Below are positions 29,178-48,100 of a DNA stretch of 64,000 nt, piece after piece. Made by a program: the position numbers and the translations under genes. How positions within the stretch are numbered: the first letter of the stretch is position 1; each line of letters begins with the position of its first letter. Under the pieces are notes generated by a model. It searched no databases, was not told where the DNA came from, and saw only the letters and a program-made list of their open reading frames with translations. Source of the stretch: Piromyces finnis finn (Eukaryota; Fungi; Neocallimastigomycota); the NCBI GenBank assembly GCA_002104945.1, contig MCFH01000020.1:620001-684000 (forward strand), read 5' to 3'.

Positions 29178-31008
29178 ATGACAGACGAAAAGATTGAAGT
29201 TATTGAAAATGGACCTTCTGTTTTAGGAACCAGAAAATAGTAAATAATATATTACTATCTAATATTATACATGAAGTTTTTTTTTTAAAAAGGAAGAACT
29301 TTTTTTTTTTAAAAAAGTTGATAGAGTCATTGAAATTTAATGCAATTTTAATTTCAAAATTTATTAAAAATTTAAATATCAAAATAATAGATTTCATTTA
29401 ATTTTTCGGCATAATTATTTTGAAATAGAAAAACAAAATTGTTTAAAAAAAATAAAGAGAAATAAAATTTCTAATATCATTTAAAGCAATTTAAAGTAAA
29501 CTATTATTAATCTTTTTGTACTTTTATGAATAATTATTATTAACAATAATACAACAATTATCTACAAATATATATATATATAAAAGTTGGGATGATATAT
29601 ATAAGAGAGATAATAAAAATTTTGAAGATTTCGGTGATATCGGTGATTCATGGTTCGGTGAAGAAAGTGTTATAAAAATGGTTGATTGGGTAAATAAATC
29701 TTTAAATTTTCAAAAATAAAATTTAAATAGTAAAATTGAAAATTTTATATTAATATAATACATATAAAATAAAATAAAATGAAATAAATTTGTAATTCAA
29801 ATATAGGTAGTTGATCATTATCCAGAACCAGAAAAAACTGTTATTGATCTTGGTTGTGGTAATGGTGAAGTTTTATTAGGTTTAGTATGTATAAATAATT
29901 TTTAATACCTATATAATAAATAATATATATTTTAAAATTGACAAACTATTCCTATTTCAATATAATAAATAAATAATCCAATTATTACATGATATATAAT
30001 TACTGTATAAAAGGCTGAAGAAGGTTTCAAGAATCTTCTTGGAATTGACTACAGTGAATATTCTATTGAACTTTCAAGAAAAATCGCTACTAAAGAAGGT
30101 TATGAATTTATTAAATTTGAAACTGTTGACTTTTTAAATGATGAAGAAGTTCAAAAATTAGGAAAATATGATATCATTTTAGATAAAGGTACCTATGATG
30201 CTATTAGTTTAAACCCAGATAATAACTTGGATGATGAAAATTCCCCAATTAATGTTTATCCAAAATCTGTCAAAAAGTTAATGAACAAAGATAGTGTTTT
30301 CTTGATTACTTCTGTAAGTTAATCATTAATATTTTATAAAAAAAAAACATATATAAATATATATAAATGATAAAATGTGTTAAAACTATGTTATAAGGTT
30401 GTTCACCTTTATATAAAACAATTCAATATTAAAATGTTTTAACAAAGGGATTTATACTAACATAAACCTTTTTATAATAATAAATTATTTTTTAATATAT
30501 CAACAAATTATTTTATTAAAAAAAAAAACTAAAACATCATGAATATATACTTATTGAAATCACAATTTTTTTTTTTTAAAAAAAAAAAAAAAACTAAATA
30601 TAATATTAATATAATATCAATATTAATAATAAAGTGTAATTTCACTGAAGAAGAATTAAAAATAAAATTCAAAAATTGTAAGTATTTTTCAAATAGAATA
30701 AATGAGTTAATATATATTATTCTAAATAATTATTAATTATTATTTGTAATAAAATATATAAACAACAATTTTACAAACTTTAAAATATATTTTTCATACT
30801 TAAAGACTTTAAAGATTTCTCAAGAGTAAAGTATCCATCAATCAAATTTGGTGGTGTAGAAGGACAAACTATCTGGTAAGTATAAAAGCTTTAAAAACTT
30901 TAACCTTATAATATATTTAATAAAATTATAAAATTAATATTCAATTTTTTTTTTCTTTTTCAATATTAATATAGTACTTTAGCCTTTAAATTAATTGATG
31001 CTGAATAA
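29178..31008 (+). CDS. EFM4: EF1A lysine methyltransferase EFM4/SEE1 (METTL10 type), multi-exon
   Basis: Exons read MTDEK...SVLGTRK, WDDIY...FEDFGDIGDSWFGE, VIDLGCGNG, GIDYS, DKGTYDAISL, FLITSCNFTEEEL, YPSIKFGGVEGQTICTLAF. Confidence 0.9.
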
Positions 31009-32720
31009 GTTGAAACACTCGACTTTAATATATATATATTTATAAAGAAATTCACTTTAAATAAAAGCAAAAAAACAAAATCTTTTTTTTGAAATATATA
31101 TAATTTATAAAATATTAAAAATCAAACAATCGATCAAAGAATGAATAAATGAAATATAGTTAAATAAATAAAAAGAATTATTTAATAAATATAAAACTAT
31201 TACTACTTTTATTCTTATTACTTTTATTATTCCTTATCATTACTTTTATTGTATTTCATTATTACCTATTAAAAAAAATGGTTCCTCCACCACCATTTTA
31301 TTTAAAATTTTAATTAATTTCATGGTATATTTCCTTTTTTTTTTTTCCTTTTTATTTTATAACTTGGCAAATTATAATTTTCTTGTGGTATAATTTTCCC
31401 TCTTTTTCAATGTAATACAAATTTTTATTTTATTTCAAAATGCAAAGTTTTCAAAATAAATTAATTAATATATTATTATAAATTAAATCAATCTATTTTA
31501 TAAATTTTATAATGATGATTATCCAATGAAATTCAATTTTCATATTTTAGAATAGAATCATATCATCATTTAAGGATAGTTAAAATAGGCCTAAACAAAC
31601 TACCAACTAAAAAAATATTACTATTTTTAATAGATTAAAAAAAAGATAATATTAGAAAAAATAAAGAGTTTGATATTAAGAAATGTTAGATGATTTTAAT
31701 ATAATTATTAATATTTTTTTATAGTCTAGTTTTAATACTCCATCCTAGTAGGGATTTACAAAATTAGTAATAATAATATTTTATTAAAAAATCACGCTAT
31801 TCCTATTAATATTTTGGTTCTTTTATTATAATTTTATATTTATTAAAGTTTACTACTAGTAAATTAAAATTAATTAAATTGTAACAAAACTATTTAAAAA
31901 AATAATTAATATTTTATTATTTTTTATCATTTACTATATAGAATGAATTTATTATAGAATAATATCATGATATTATTTTATTTTATATCTAGAAGATTAT
32001 TATTGAATAATCATATCAATTATCCTCTATATGATCATAGAGAGAGAGGAATAATAAATAACAATTCACTTTATTTAGTTATATTCCTTTATAATATTTA
32101 ATAATGCCTACTTTTATTATTTAATAATATTTAATAATTTATACTATTTGTTAATATTGTTATTATTATTTTAATAAACTCCAACTTTTTATAATAAAAT
32201 AATCCAAAAAATTAAAAAAAATAATATTTTTAATATTTTAAATTTTAAAAAAGAAACTTTAAAAATATTAAGAAAAAAAATTTTTTTTTTTTTTTTTAAA
32301 AAAAAGAGTAAAGGGAAATTTAAAAAAAAAAAAAAAAAAACACTTTTCTTTTTATTAATTAAATAAAAGCAATAAAAATAGAAAAATAGTTTATTGCTTT
32401 TATTTTTATTTATTTTTTTAAAAAAATATTTCTTTTAATACTATTATTATTTTCAATAACATGAAATAAAGAAATATAGAAATATAAAAAAGAAAATAAA
32501 TTGAACAATCTATCTTAATAAAAGCTGATAAAACGTTTTATTATAATTCAAAAATTAGAATTTAACTATTTATTTAATTTTATAAACAGTAAATAAAATA
32601 AATATATAAATTCATAATCTAATATTACTATTTAATATAATTATAAGCTATAAAAACAATCTTATTCTAAAATTATTTACAAAATATTCAATTAATCTTA
32701 ATAATTCAATACTATTTATA

Positions 32721-33738
32721 ATGGTTAACATCGACAAAATTACAAATAAAGTTGCTAAAAAAATTAACAGAGAAAATATTAGCAAATTAGGGGATAAGTT
32801 AAATAATAAATTTAACGATAATATTGAAAAAATTAGCAATAAATTAAATAACAAAATTAATAATCTTAATAATAACGAAGACGTTGATAATAATAATACA
32901 ATGTGTTTTAATGTTGATTCAAATGAAACTTTAAATGTTAATGATGACAATTATGAAGTTCAACAAGAAATTAAACCAACATTTTCTTTAGCTGAAGTAT
33001 GTAACAACATTTAATATTTTATTTAGAAAAAAAATATTTTAATAAACATAAATTTTTATGTTATTTGCAAATATATATATAAATAATAATCAATATTAAC
33101 AATAAATTTAAATTTAGGCCCCAAAATGGAAAATGGAAAATACTTGTTGTAAATGTGGTAAAAAATTTATTAAAATATTACAACCAAGACATCATTGTAG
33201 AAGTTGTGGTAATTCTTTTTGTTCTGATTGTATTACTCTTAAACAAGCACTTCCACAATTTGGTTATTTTGACCAAGTTTTGGTTTGTGATAGTTGCTTT
33301 ATTATACCCAATACTATGCCAGTATTAAAGATGCCATATTCACTTTCTTCTGAACAATATAGGGCTATTAATGATTTACAAAAATTAGAAAAAAGAGGTG
33401 ATTATATCAACCTTATTCTTCGTTTAAGGGAAATGATTAAACAAGATATTCATATTCTTTCTCATTCTTGGGTTAAAAAATGGGTTGCTAGACGTTGGAG
33501 AAATTTCTTCATAATGGAAGCATGCAGAGAGCCAAATGCTATAAAAGTTGCTTCAAGAAAAGAAAAGACCGGTTTTGCTAAATTAAGTAGTGTTATTGAA
33601 GATGAAAGACCAGTAGCACAGGTAAAATATATTATAAATCATCAATATTTATAGATGTACTACTGAAATTTCAAAATACTAATGTTTTTACATATTTATA
33701 TAAATATAAATAATTTATTATCTATAATATATTATAAC

Positions 33739-33775
<37 letters not shown>

Positions 33776-35166
33776 AAATAAATATTAAAAAATTACTCAA
33801 AATTACAAATTCAAATGTTTGACTTTAAAATTATTTGATAATAATGTTTGATTTGTGATTTGAAATCAATATATGATAATTTCACTATAAAAAATGATAT
33901 ATTAAATTATAATATTCATTTTCAACAAAATATTAGCGTATTGCTGAATATTTCTTTAAAGGAGAAGGACGAAATGAATGGATGTATGCCGATGTACCAT
34001 TAAATGGTTTCGTAGATGAAAATGATCCAAATATTGTACCACCAAGATTCAAAAAGAATATAAAGAAACTTCCAATTCCTCAAATTCCACCAAATTATCA
34101 AAGCTCAGATTTAGTTTTCTGTCCTGGATTATTTAATGGTCTCTTACCAGTGAGAGCTTTTGAAGAAGTTTTCCCAATTATGGAAACTGAATTCCAAGGT
34201 ATTAATGTTTATAGAGTTGATAGTCATCCGCTTCGTGGTTGTGAAGATAATATGAAAGATTTTGATAGACTTTTTATGAAGGGAGAAGGAAGAGATGCAG
34301 TTGGTGAAATGAAAACGGATTTACATTTAAAGGATAATGTTATTGCTATCGGTTATTCAAAAGGTATGCCTGATTTAATGACATATATGGCTAACAACCC
34401 ACAGAATACTAAAAACATTAAAGCTATTTTTTCCTATGCTGGTGCTGTTGGTGGTTCATACCTTGCTGATAATATTAATAATGTCATCGACTCTGTTGTT
34501 GATGAAGATAAGGCTGATAAGTATTTTGATAAAATAATTTCTTCAATGTGTCCTGTTATTGATTTAGATAAACTTTCTGAAAGATTTGGTAGTAATTATT
34601 GTCGTTTAGATGAAATGGAAAGTAGTCCATCTGGTGCTATTAATTCACTTACTACAGAATATCGTGCAAAGTTTGTACGTGATAATAAGGCATACTTTGA
34701 ATCAGAGGCATGGAATGATATACCCATTTTTACCATTACTGGTAGTGTTACAGAAAAAGATGTTCCGTATTTCCAAGAATCTTCTACTCGTGCTCTTGAA
34801 AAATATGATAAAAATAATGATATGCAATTAATTACTGAACAAGCACAATTTCCTTGTGATATGGTATGAATACAAATATAGATATATATATATATATTTA
34901 TATAAATAAATATAAAACTTTAAATTATTTCATTTTTTAATTTTTATTTTTATTTTTTTATTTTTTATCAAAATAATTACTAATATAAACTATTTTTATT
35001 TAAATAGAATATTCATCTTGCATATGTAAATGCCCATCATTGGGATTTAGCATTCCAACCATTCCCTAAAAAATTCCTTAGTTCTAAATTAAAGCACCCA
35101 TTCCCAAAGTTAGCATCAGCAAATGCTATGTGGTTATTATGTGCAGAATTAGGACTTGCTAAATAA
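32721..35166 (+). CDS. FYVE zinc finger fused to an alpha/beta-hydrolase (lipase/esterase-like); 4 exons, about 621 aa
   Basis: Exons 32721-32996, 33118-33621, 33937-34863 and 35008-35166 join in frame. FYVE: WKME..CCKC...RHHCRSCG..FCSDC...LVCDSC. Hydrolase: VFCPGLFNG, GYSKG nucleophile elbow, NNDMQL, AHHWD, HPFP. Confidence 0.85.
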
Positions 35167-36157
35167 TTTAAATTTTTTCTATTCTAATTTGCAAAATATA
35201 AAGTATGAAAAAAAAAAAAAATAGTTATTAAAGAATTATACAAAATTCAAAAAAACTAATCAAATCAAGGAATAACATTACTATTATATACATCAATTTC
35301 AATTTTAATTACATATAAATTATTTGACAAAAAAAAAAAAAGGCATTTTAAAAACAAACAAAAAACGAAAAACAAAATATTAAAATACTATTTAAAATTA
35401 AATATTTTTAAATTGATTTTTCTTTTTATTGTTTTTTTTTTTTTTTTTTTTTTTTATCATTATTTTCATTACTATTTTCATTACTTTGGTTTTTTTTTTT
35501 TTTTTAAAAAAAAAAAAAGTATCCAAAAAAGAAAAATTAATAGTATACTTTTAATATATAAACTATAAAAAATGTTTTAAAAATTTAAAAATTTTATATT
35601 AAAAGAAATAATAGCTAAACAAAAAAAAAAAAAAAAAAGTTATATATACCTATCATTATAAATTTGTATATTAAAAATACCTAAAAAAAAAAATAAATAA
35701 AAATTGTTATTTTAAAAATAAAATCTAGTTTTCAAAAATAATTGTATTTTGTATTTATTATAATTTGTATATATACATTTGTATATATATTATAGTAAAA
35801 ATTTTAATTAAAAATAATATTTTTATTCTGTATAATTTGTATTATAAAAATATCTTGATAAAAAATATAAATATAAATAAATAATTTTTTTGATGTTTTA
35901 TATATAAAAGGGAGGTTAATCTATCTATATATATATTATTTAAAAATCCCTTTTTTTTTTTTTTTTTTTTAATATAGTTTAAAAAAAGATTAATAATAAT
36001 AAATAAACGATGACTATTTAACCTTGTATGTAGTTTATTGTTAAGTATAGTGATAATATTAATAAAAAAAAAATTTCTTTTTTTATTATTACAATTGCTA
36101 ATAATATCATCTCCTTTTTTTTTTTTTAATTTTTGCATTTCATTGATTATATTACTC

Positions 36158-40975
<4,818 letters not shown>

Positions 40976-42225
40976 ATTTTCTTTCTTTATAAAAAAAATT
41001 ATGATAAAAAATAATTATTAAATTCCTTTTTCTTTTATTTAATATATATTAATGTATTGTTATCATAGTTTTACTTTTTTTTTTTTTATCTTTATATTAT
41101 TTAAAATTAATGGGTATAAAATATTTATTTCTGATGGATTTACTATACTTTTTTTTTTTAACAGATATTAATTCTTTTTGATATAATGTTAAAAGACAAA
41201 TAATAGAATTAAATTAAATGTTATTTATTTTATTATTGGGTATTATTATATATTAATTACAAATAAATAAAAGTTAATTAAAACAATAATTTAAAATATA
41301 TATATTTTATAAAGAAATATTAAAAATATTAAAATGTATTATTTTAAAAAAAAAAAAGTTTTTTTTTTTTTTTATTATTACCTTTTTATGTATTAAATCT
41401 TTAAAATTACACCAATAATTTATTATATTATTTAATAATTTTTTTATTAAAATATTTTTTAAAATTATGAAAAGTAAAAAAGAAAATGAAAAAAAAGTAA
41501 TATTTTTTGTAACTTTATAAAAAGGTTTATAATTTAAATTATGAAAAGTTTTTATTATTCTTTCTCTCTCTCTCTCTCTCTTTTTATTTTTTCTCATTTT
41601 TCTCATTATAATTTATTTTACATTAAAATTAGTCTTTTAAAACAACATTCACTCTGTAGATTTATCCTATTAAAAATTTTATATAAATCATAAAAGTTTA
41701 TTTATATATAAAATAAAAATTAAAAAATGATTTAAAATCTTTTTTTTTTTTTCCCGTACTTTTGATAAAATTTTTTAGGTCTATTTACCATAAAAAAAAT
41801 AATTTTATTTAGGTAAAAAAAAAAAAAAACTTTTTTGTTTTTTAGATTATTTTTTTTATTTTTTTTAAAAAAAAAAAAGGACATCTCTTTATTACAGAAA
41901 AAAAAAAAGTTTTGTAATTCTTATATTTTTACATTTATAAGGTATGTGTATATTATAAAATTTTAGAATTAAAAAAAAAAAAAATCTATCATCCAAATTA
42001 TTTAAAAGGATGAAACTATAAAAATATCTCGAATTCCTAAAATAATTATTAATTAAAAACAATTGTTTAATTGAATAAATAATTTAAATTATAATTTTTT
42101 TTTTTCAATAAAAAAAATATAAACATTAAAATTTATTGTATATTAAAATGGTATAATAATAATAACAATTAAAATGAAATGTAATTGATTTGTTGATAAA
42201 GAAAAAAAAAAAAAAATATAAAAAA

Positions 42226-44474
42226 ATGGTTGAAAAGGATGAGATAGTTATAAGCAAGGAGGAATCACTTGAAAATCCAACTTTACAAAACCCAAACAAA
42301 TCACCAAACAAATCACCAAGTAAATCTCCAAACAAATCACCAAGTAAATCACCAAGTAAATCACCAAGTAAATCTCCTGAAAAATCACCTGAAAAATCAC
42401 CTGAAAAATCACCTGAAAAATCACTGGAAAAATCACCAAGTAAATCACTTAAAGAACAATCAACTCCAAAAAAAGCATCTCCAAATAAATGTGAAAATAA
42501 AGAATCTAAAATTTCACCATTCAAAACACCAGAAAAATCTTCCCCAAAAAAATTTATAAAAAGCAATTCCCCAAAAGTGGATGACTCACCAATGCTTAAT
42601 ACTAGAAATCTTGTAAATAAATGGGAAGACATAAAAAAAGACAATGATAAATTAGCAAAAGCAACAAAATATGAAAATGTGAAATCCGAAAAAAGAAAAT
42701 CTACTTTTGGTTCAAGGGATTCATCTACAACATTCACACCAATTTCAAATTTCCTTAGTTCCGAAACAAATAAAAAGGGAATCACTTTAGATGAAACAAA
42801 ATTAAAGGATCATATACCAGAAATTACAAAAAAATTTTCAATGAAAGATAAAAGAATAAGAGAAAATATTAAAAGATTTAACCAATCTTACAATACTGCA
42901 AATATTGATTTAAGAGAAAATGAAAAAAAAATTGTTTCCGTAAAACCTACCAAAAAAGAAAAGCGTGTATATATAGAAGATGATGACGATGAAGATAAAG
43001 TTCAACGCTCAAAGAGAGTAAAAGTAAGTGAATTAGATAAAAATGGAAACACTTCTATTTGGCACAGAATTAATTCAGCAATATGTTCACTTAAGGAAAC
43101 TCTAAAATCAAAAACTGAAGAAAAAACTGTTGAAAACACTACAGGAAAAGAAAATGAAAGCTTTGTTATTACACCAACAGTTAAAAATCAGGAAATTAAA
43201 AAACTCGACCGTCTTAATGAAGGAACATGTTTGAATATATTTAATCCTTCCGTAAATAAATCTACAATACCAATATACCTAAGATTACGTAGAAGCAGTT
43301 CAAATATTAAAGAGGATAATTCAATAACAAATAATTTTGCAAAGTCTAATACCAAACCAGAATGGGTCAATAAATTATATATGGTTATTAGCAATGAAAC
43401 CTCTGCTCCAAAATTGTTTGATGTAAGTAATTATATTATATTATATTTGTAAATGACACTCGCAAAATTCACATTAACAAATAAATAATCAATGTAATTA
43501 TCATTCAATTTTACTAATATATATTTTATTATATAAATTAATATTTCTATTATAAATATTATAAATATTAATAAATAATGAATAATTAATAAAAAAGGTA
43601 CCAGTTCATTGGACTTCCCTTTCATCTGAAATGGTATATATTTTAAATGTTTCAGGTGAAGCATTAATTCAATTTAATGGATCAGATAGTCTTAACAGAG
43701 ATAAAGACTACGCTAAAAGAATTTGTAAAAGAATCAGTTTAAATGATAATGTTCCAGATATCTTTGAAATTGAGCAAGAAGAATCATATGAAGATAATAC
43801 TGTTGTATTACAACTTTTCTGGAAAGCATTAGAATTAGAAAATTATAAAAAGGAAGAAAGAAAAAAAATTATTTTAAAAAATGACGAACAAAACTTAAAA
43901 ACTGTTTTAAAAGAAAATAAAAATGAAATAGATATTGAAAAGGCAATTTATATCTACAGGTAATAATTATTTATATAAGAAATTTTAAAGTCATCCAAAT
44001 ATTTTATTTTAATTATTGGAATCTACATTATATAAATTATATTTTTTATAACGTCATCATTATATGGTTTGATTATTAATGGATTTATTATATAAAATAG
44101 AATTAATGAGCAAACCAACTCATTAGATTTAATACACAATGGTACTTTCCCAACTTACAGATGCTTAAATTCAAATACATCAATGATTTTTGATTTTGCT
44201 GGTGAAGTTTATTTATGGCAAGGAAAGAACTCCAGCTTAAATGCTAGAAGTATCGGAATTAAATTTGCACAGGTAATAAAAATAATTAATAAATAGTAAT
44301 AATTATTATTTTAAATTTTAATAAATGAAATTGTTTTATTGTTATAATTAATGAAATTAGAAAATTTTCAGTGATTATAAAAGACCATCCTGGGCAAGTT
44401 TAAGAAAAATTAATGAAGGACATGAACAAATTCTTTTCCAAGAAAAATTTAAAGATAGTTTTTACTTCTTTTAA
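42226..44474 (+). CDS. Supervillin/gelsolin-like protein with KSP-repeat N-terminus and only two gelsolin-like repeats; 3' end uncertain
   Basis: Exons 42226-43422, 43598-43959, 44101-44272 and 44361-44474 join in frame. MIFDFAGEVYLWQGK and RPSWASLRKINEGHEQILFQEKFKD resemble supervillin repeat G2 ([37 protein letters not shown]). Confidence 0.72.
42290..42450 (+). repeat. 12-bp tandem repeat encoding (KSPx)n
   Basis: aaatcacc[aagt/tgaa/aaac] units; the protein reads KSPNKSPSKSPNKSPSKSPSKSPSKSPEKSPEKSPEKSPEKSLEKSPSK. Confidence 0.92.
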
Positions 44475-44687
44475 AAATAAATCTATAAATAATTATCTTA
44501 GAGTATTTATAGTAAATTTTTAATGAACTATTTTGTTTATCTTTATAAACTAATGGTTATTTATTTTTTTTTTTTTATTTTACTTTATATTAATTGATTT
44601 TATTTCTTATATAAACTGTTGATATAAATAGTATAGATTAATTTTTTTTCTTTTATATATTTTATTCAGTTATTATAACAGAGTACA

Positions 44688-44719
<32 letters not shown>

Positions 44720-45007
44720 TACTTTTTTTTTTTAATTCCTACATTTTATTTTTCATTTTATCTTTAAATAAATAAATTTGTTATATAAAAGATATCTAAG
44801 CAAATGTAATACATTTTTTTTATCATTATTTTATTTTCAATCTTATAATAAATAACAGAAATTGTGACTTTTAAGTATAATATTACTAAAAATAACATTT
44901 GACCTTTATGTTTATATATATATTTATTGTTTTTATTTCTTTTCAATATTTTTTTTTTAAAAAAAAGAATTACTAATAAATTTATAATGAATCTATAACT
45001 ATTTTAC

Positions 45008-45048
<41 letters not shown>

Positions 45049-45049
45049 A

Positions 45050-45103
45050 TTATTTAGGTTTATTACAGTCATCAAGTATAATAGCATCTTTTTCAAACCT
45101 ATC

Positions 45104-45148
<45 letters not shown>

Positions 45149-48100
45149 TGTTAAAATATATCTATATTATTATGAATGTTGTATATAATAAATAATACAA
45201 TATTTACTTTTTAAAGTAATTTTCTGACAAAAGACCCTTAATTGAATTATGACTTAAATTTCTTTAATAATTAAAAAGATAATTAATATTTATATATAAT
45301 TTTGTATAAATTTTTCATATTAATTATCACAAATTAATAATAATTAAATGTATGGTAATAATTACAATATTTCAAGGTTTATTAAGTTTTCGATTTTATC
45401 AGAAATTGAACCGGTTAATTTATTGTTATTTAAACATCTAATAAAAGAAACATAATTTCATTATTTTATTAGAATGCTTCTTATTTCAGCTATTATATAT
45501 AAATAAATACGGAAACTTACAATTTCTTAAGCTTTATTAATTTATAGATAGTTTCAGGAATATCACCTTCAAAGGAATTAAAACTTAAATCACTATGTAA
45601 TTATTGATATTTTTTAGTATTTCTATTATTAATATCTAATGATAATTACTAAAAAATATTTAAATAAATATTTACAGAATTTCAAGATTTATTAATTTTC
45701 CTATCGAGGATGGTATACTTCCAGATAATTCATCTGATGATAAGTTTCTATATTTTGAGATTAAAATATTAAAATATAGTTAGTATAAAAAATAATAATA
45801 AATTAGGTATATAGTATAAATTTATTATTATCACATACAACACTGTTAAGGATTCAAAATGACCAATAGTTGATGGTAATATACCATTAAATGAATTATT
45901 ATTAATAATACTGTATAGTTAAAAATATTAAAGAATTAGGGTTTTTTTGTATAATACATAAAAACAATTATTGATTCTTATATATATAATATTTACATTT
46001 CTGTACTTTGATTCATTGTTTGAAGCAACCTATTTACATAAATTAGATTTAAACAATTTATACAGAAAAAGATTAATTTATATATATTAATTATATAATA
46101 TTGTGAAATTGAAATACTATAAAAAAAATACTTACAAATAAATTAATGCAAAATCTCTAAAGTTTTTATTAAAATATTCTGGTGAAGAAAACATTTTTGA
46201 TATACTATGAGATAAGGAATAATGCTCTACACAAATTAAGCGATAAAGTTCATCAAAAGAATATACCATATCATCTGGATTACACTTTGTTAAATCAGAG
46301 GAAGCGTTTGAATCAATTGGAGACTTTAAATCTAAATCATTTACCTTATTTGTAATTTTTTCTTTCAATTTTTCTCTTAACTCTTGGTATAAATATCTAA
46401 GATTTCTTCTTGATGTAAAGGTATCTTTAAATAATTTTTCATTAAATTTACCTGATTCTTTATCAACAAATTTTGTTTTTATTTCTTTAACTAATTCAGA
46501 TGAGTTCTTTTTTGACCACATTGCACTAATGTTATTATCACTTTGTTCTTTATTTCTATAATTTATTGATGTAGTATATTTTTTATGAGTTAAATCTTCT
46601 GATGATTTTCCATTATCATTATTTTTTGGTCTCTCATATGCAGTAGCATGAAGAATGTTGGATTCATCGATTTCAAACATTACATTTACACAAATTTTAC
46701 CTGCTAATTCTAAAGTAATGTTTGGAACTACTAAACTACCAATCATTTTATTAAACAATACACAAAAACTATCTCCTTCAAAAATATTGAAGGAAAGTTG
46801 GTTTTGATAGTCTACAGAAGTATAAAATGCACGTTCAAATGGTTTAGTAGTTGGGATCCTTGTACCACTTGGAATAATACATGAAAAAGATAATCCACCT
46901 GATTCTACACCAAGATTCATACTTACAACATCTTCAATTATATTTTTTGTCATATTTGTTTTTTTAACAGGTGTTTTATCGATATTTACACTTTCTTCTT
47001 GATCCTGATTATTAGCTTCCCTATCAAGTTGATCTTCTTCTTCAGGAGAGAATTTACTTAAACCTAAACTGTTGGCATAAATAGAAGCACCTCTTGCAAC
47101 AACTTCTGTATCACTCGAATGATCTAATGGTACTTTTCCATCAAAATAATTTTTTACTAAATCAATGATACTTGGAATATTTGAGGAGCCACCTACCATA
47201 ATTACACAATCGATATTTTTTTTTTCAACTTTATCCTTCAATTTTTCAAAGAAATTATCTAAGCAAACAATAATACGATCATATATATCTTTACATATTT
47301 CTATAAATTTTTCTCCCGTTAATTCGATAAAATATTCATCTTCGTCATCTTCATCTTCATCCTCCTTTTCCTCAAATCCACCTAAATCTGAAATATCAAC
47401 TTCAACAGACATACGCTTTCCTCCAGAAAGTCGTATTTTAGCTTCTTCACATTTATTATAGAGTTGATGTCTTAATTTTGGTTTCTTCTCAGCTAATAAA
47501 CCTAAATCAACATTAAATTGTTCCTTTGTTTGTTTAATAACATAATTAATAATTGTAGAAGTAATATCTTCTCCTCCTAAAAATGTATCACCACCATATC
47601 CAATAATTTTTACTGGTTCATCATTTGAAAATTTTGCTACTGTAAGATCAGTGGTACCACCACCAATATCACAAACTAAATAGGTTTTTGAATTGTTATC
47701 TACAGGGGATTGTGGATTAATACCTCGATCAATTCTTTTTTTATAAGCATAATAAATAATAGCAGCAGATGGTTCATTCAATAAAGCTAATACATGTAAT
47801 TTTGCCTCTTCCGCTGCTTTCTTTGTCTCAGCTCTTTGTTCCTGAGTGAAATAAGCAGGTACTGTTATAACGCAGTATACTTCGGGGTTTTCATTATCTA
47901 ATGCTCCACAATGTACAATATCTTCACGAATGGATTTTAATATGTCTACACTAACATCACTTGGTTTTTTAAAGCCAATTTCACTACCATCCGATTTATT
48001 GACAATTCTATAAACTGGAAAATTATCTTTATTTATTATTTCTACTGTTGAATTTTCAGCGACTTTTTTTACTATCTTATCATCATAAGATGTACCAATT

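Noticed and set aside
42290-42450. Short direct repeats as a CRISPR-like array
   Set aside because: 12-bp contiguous coding repeats with no spacers; eukaryotic context and no cas genes.
42126-42785. 219-aa antisense ORF with (GDLL/GDFS)n and other shadow ORFs (4586+, 13177+, 13483+, 15800+, 39324+, 47165+)
   Set aside because: Antisense or alternative-frame shadows of real genes, kept open by repetitive codons.
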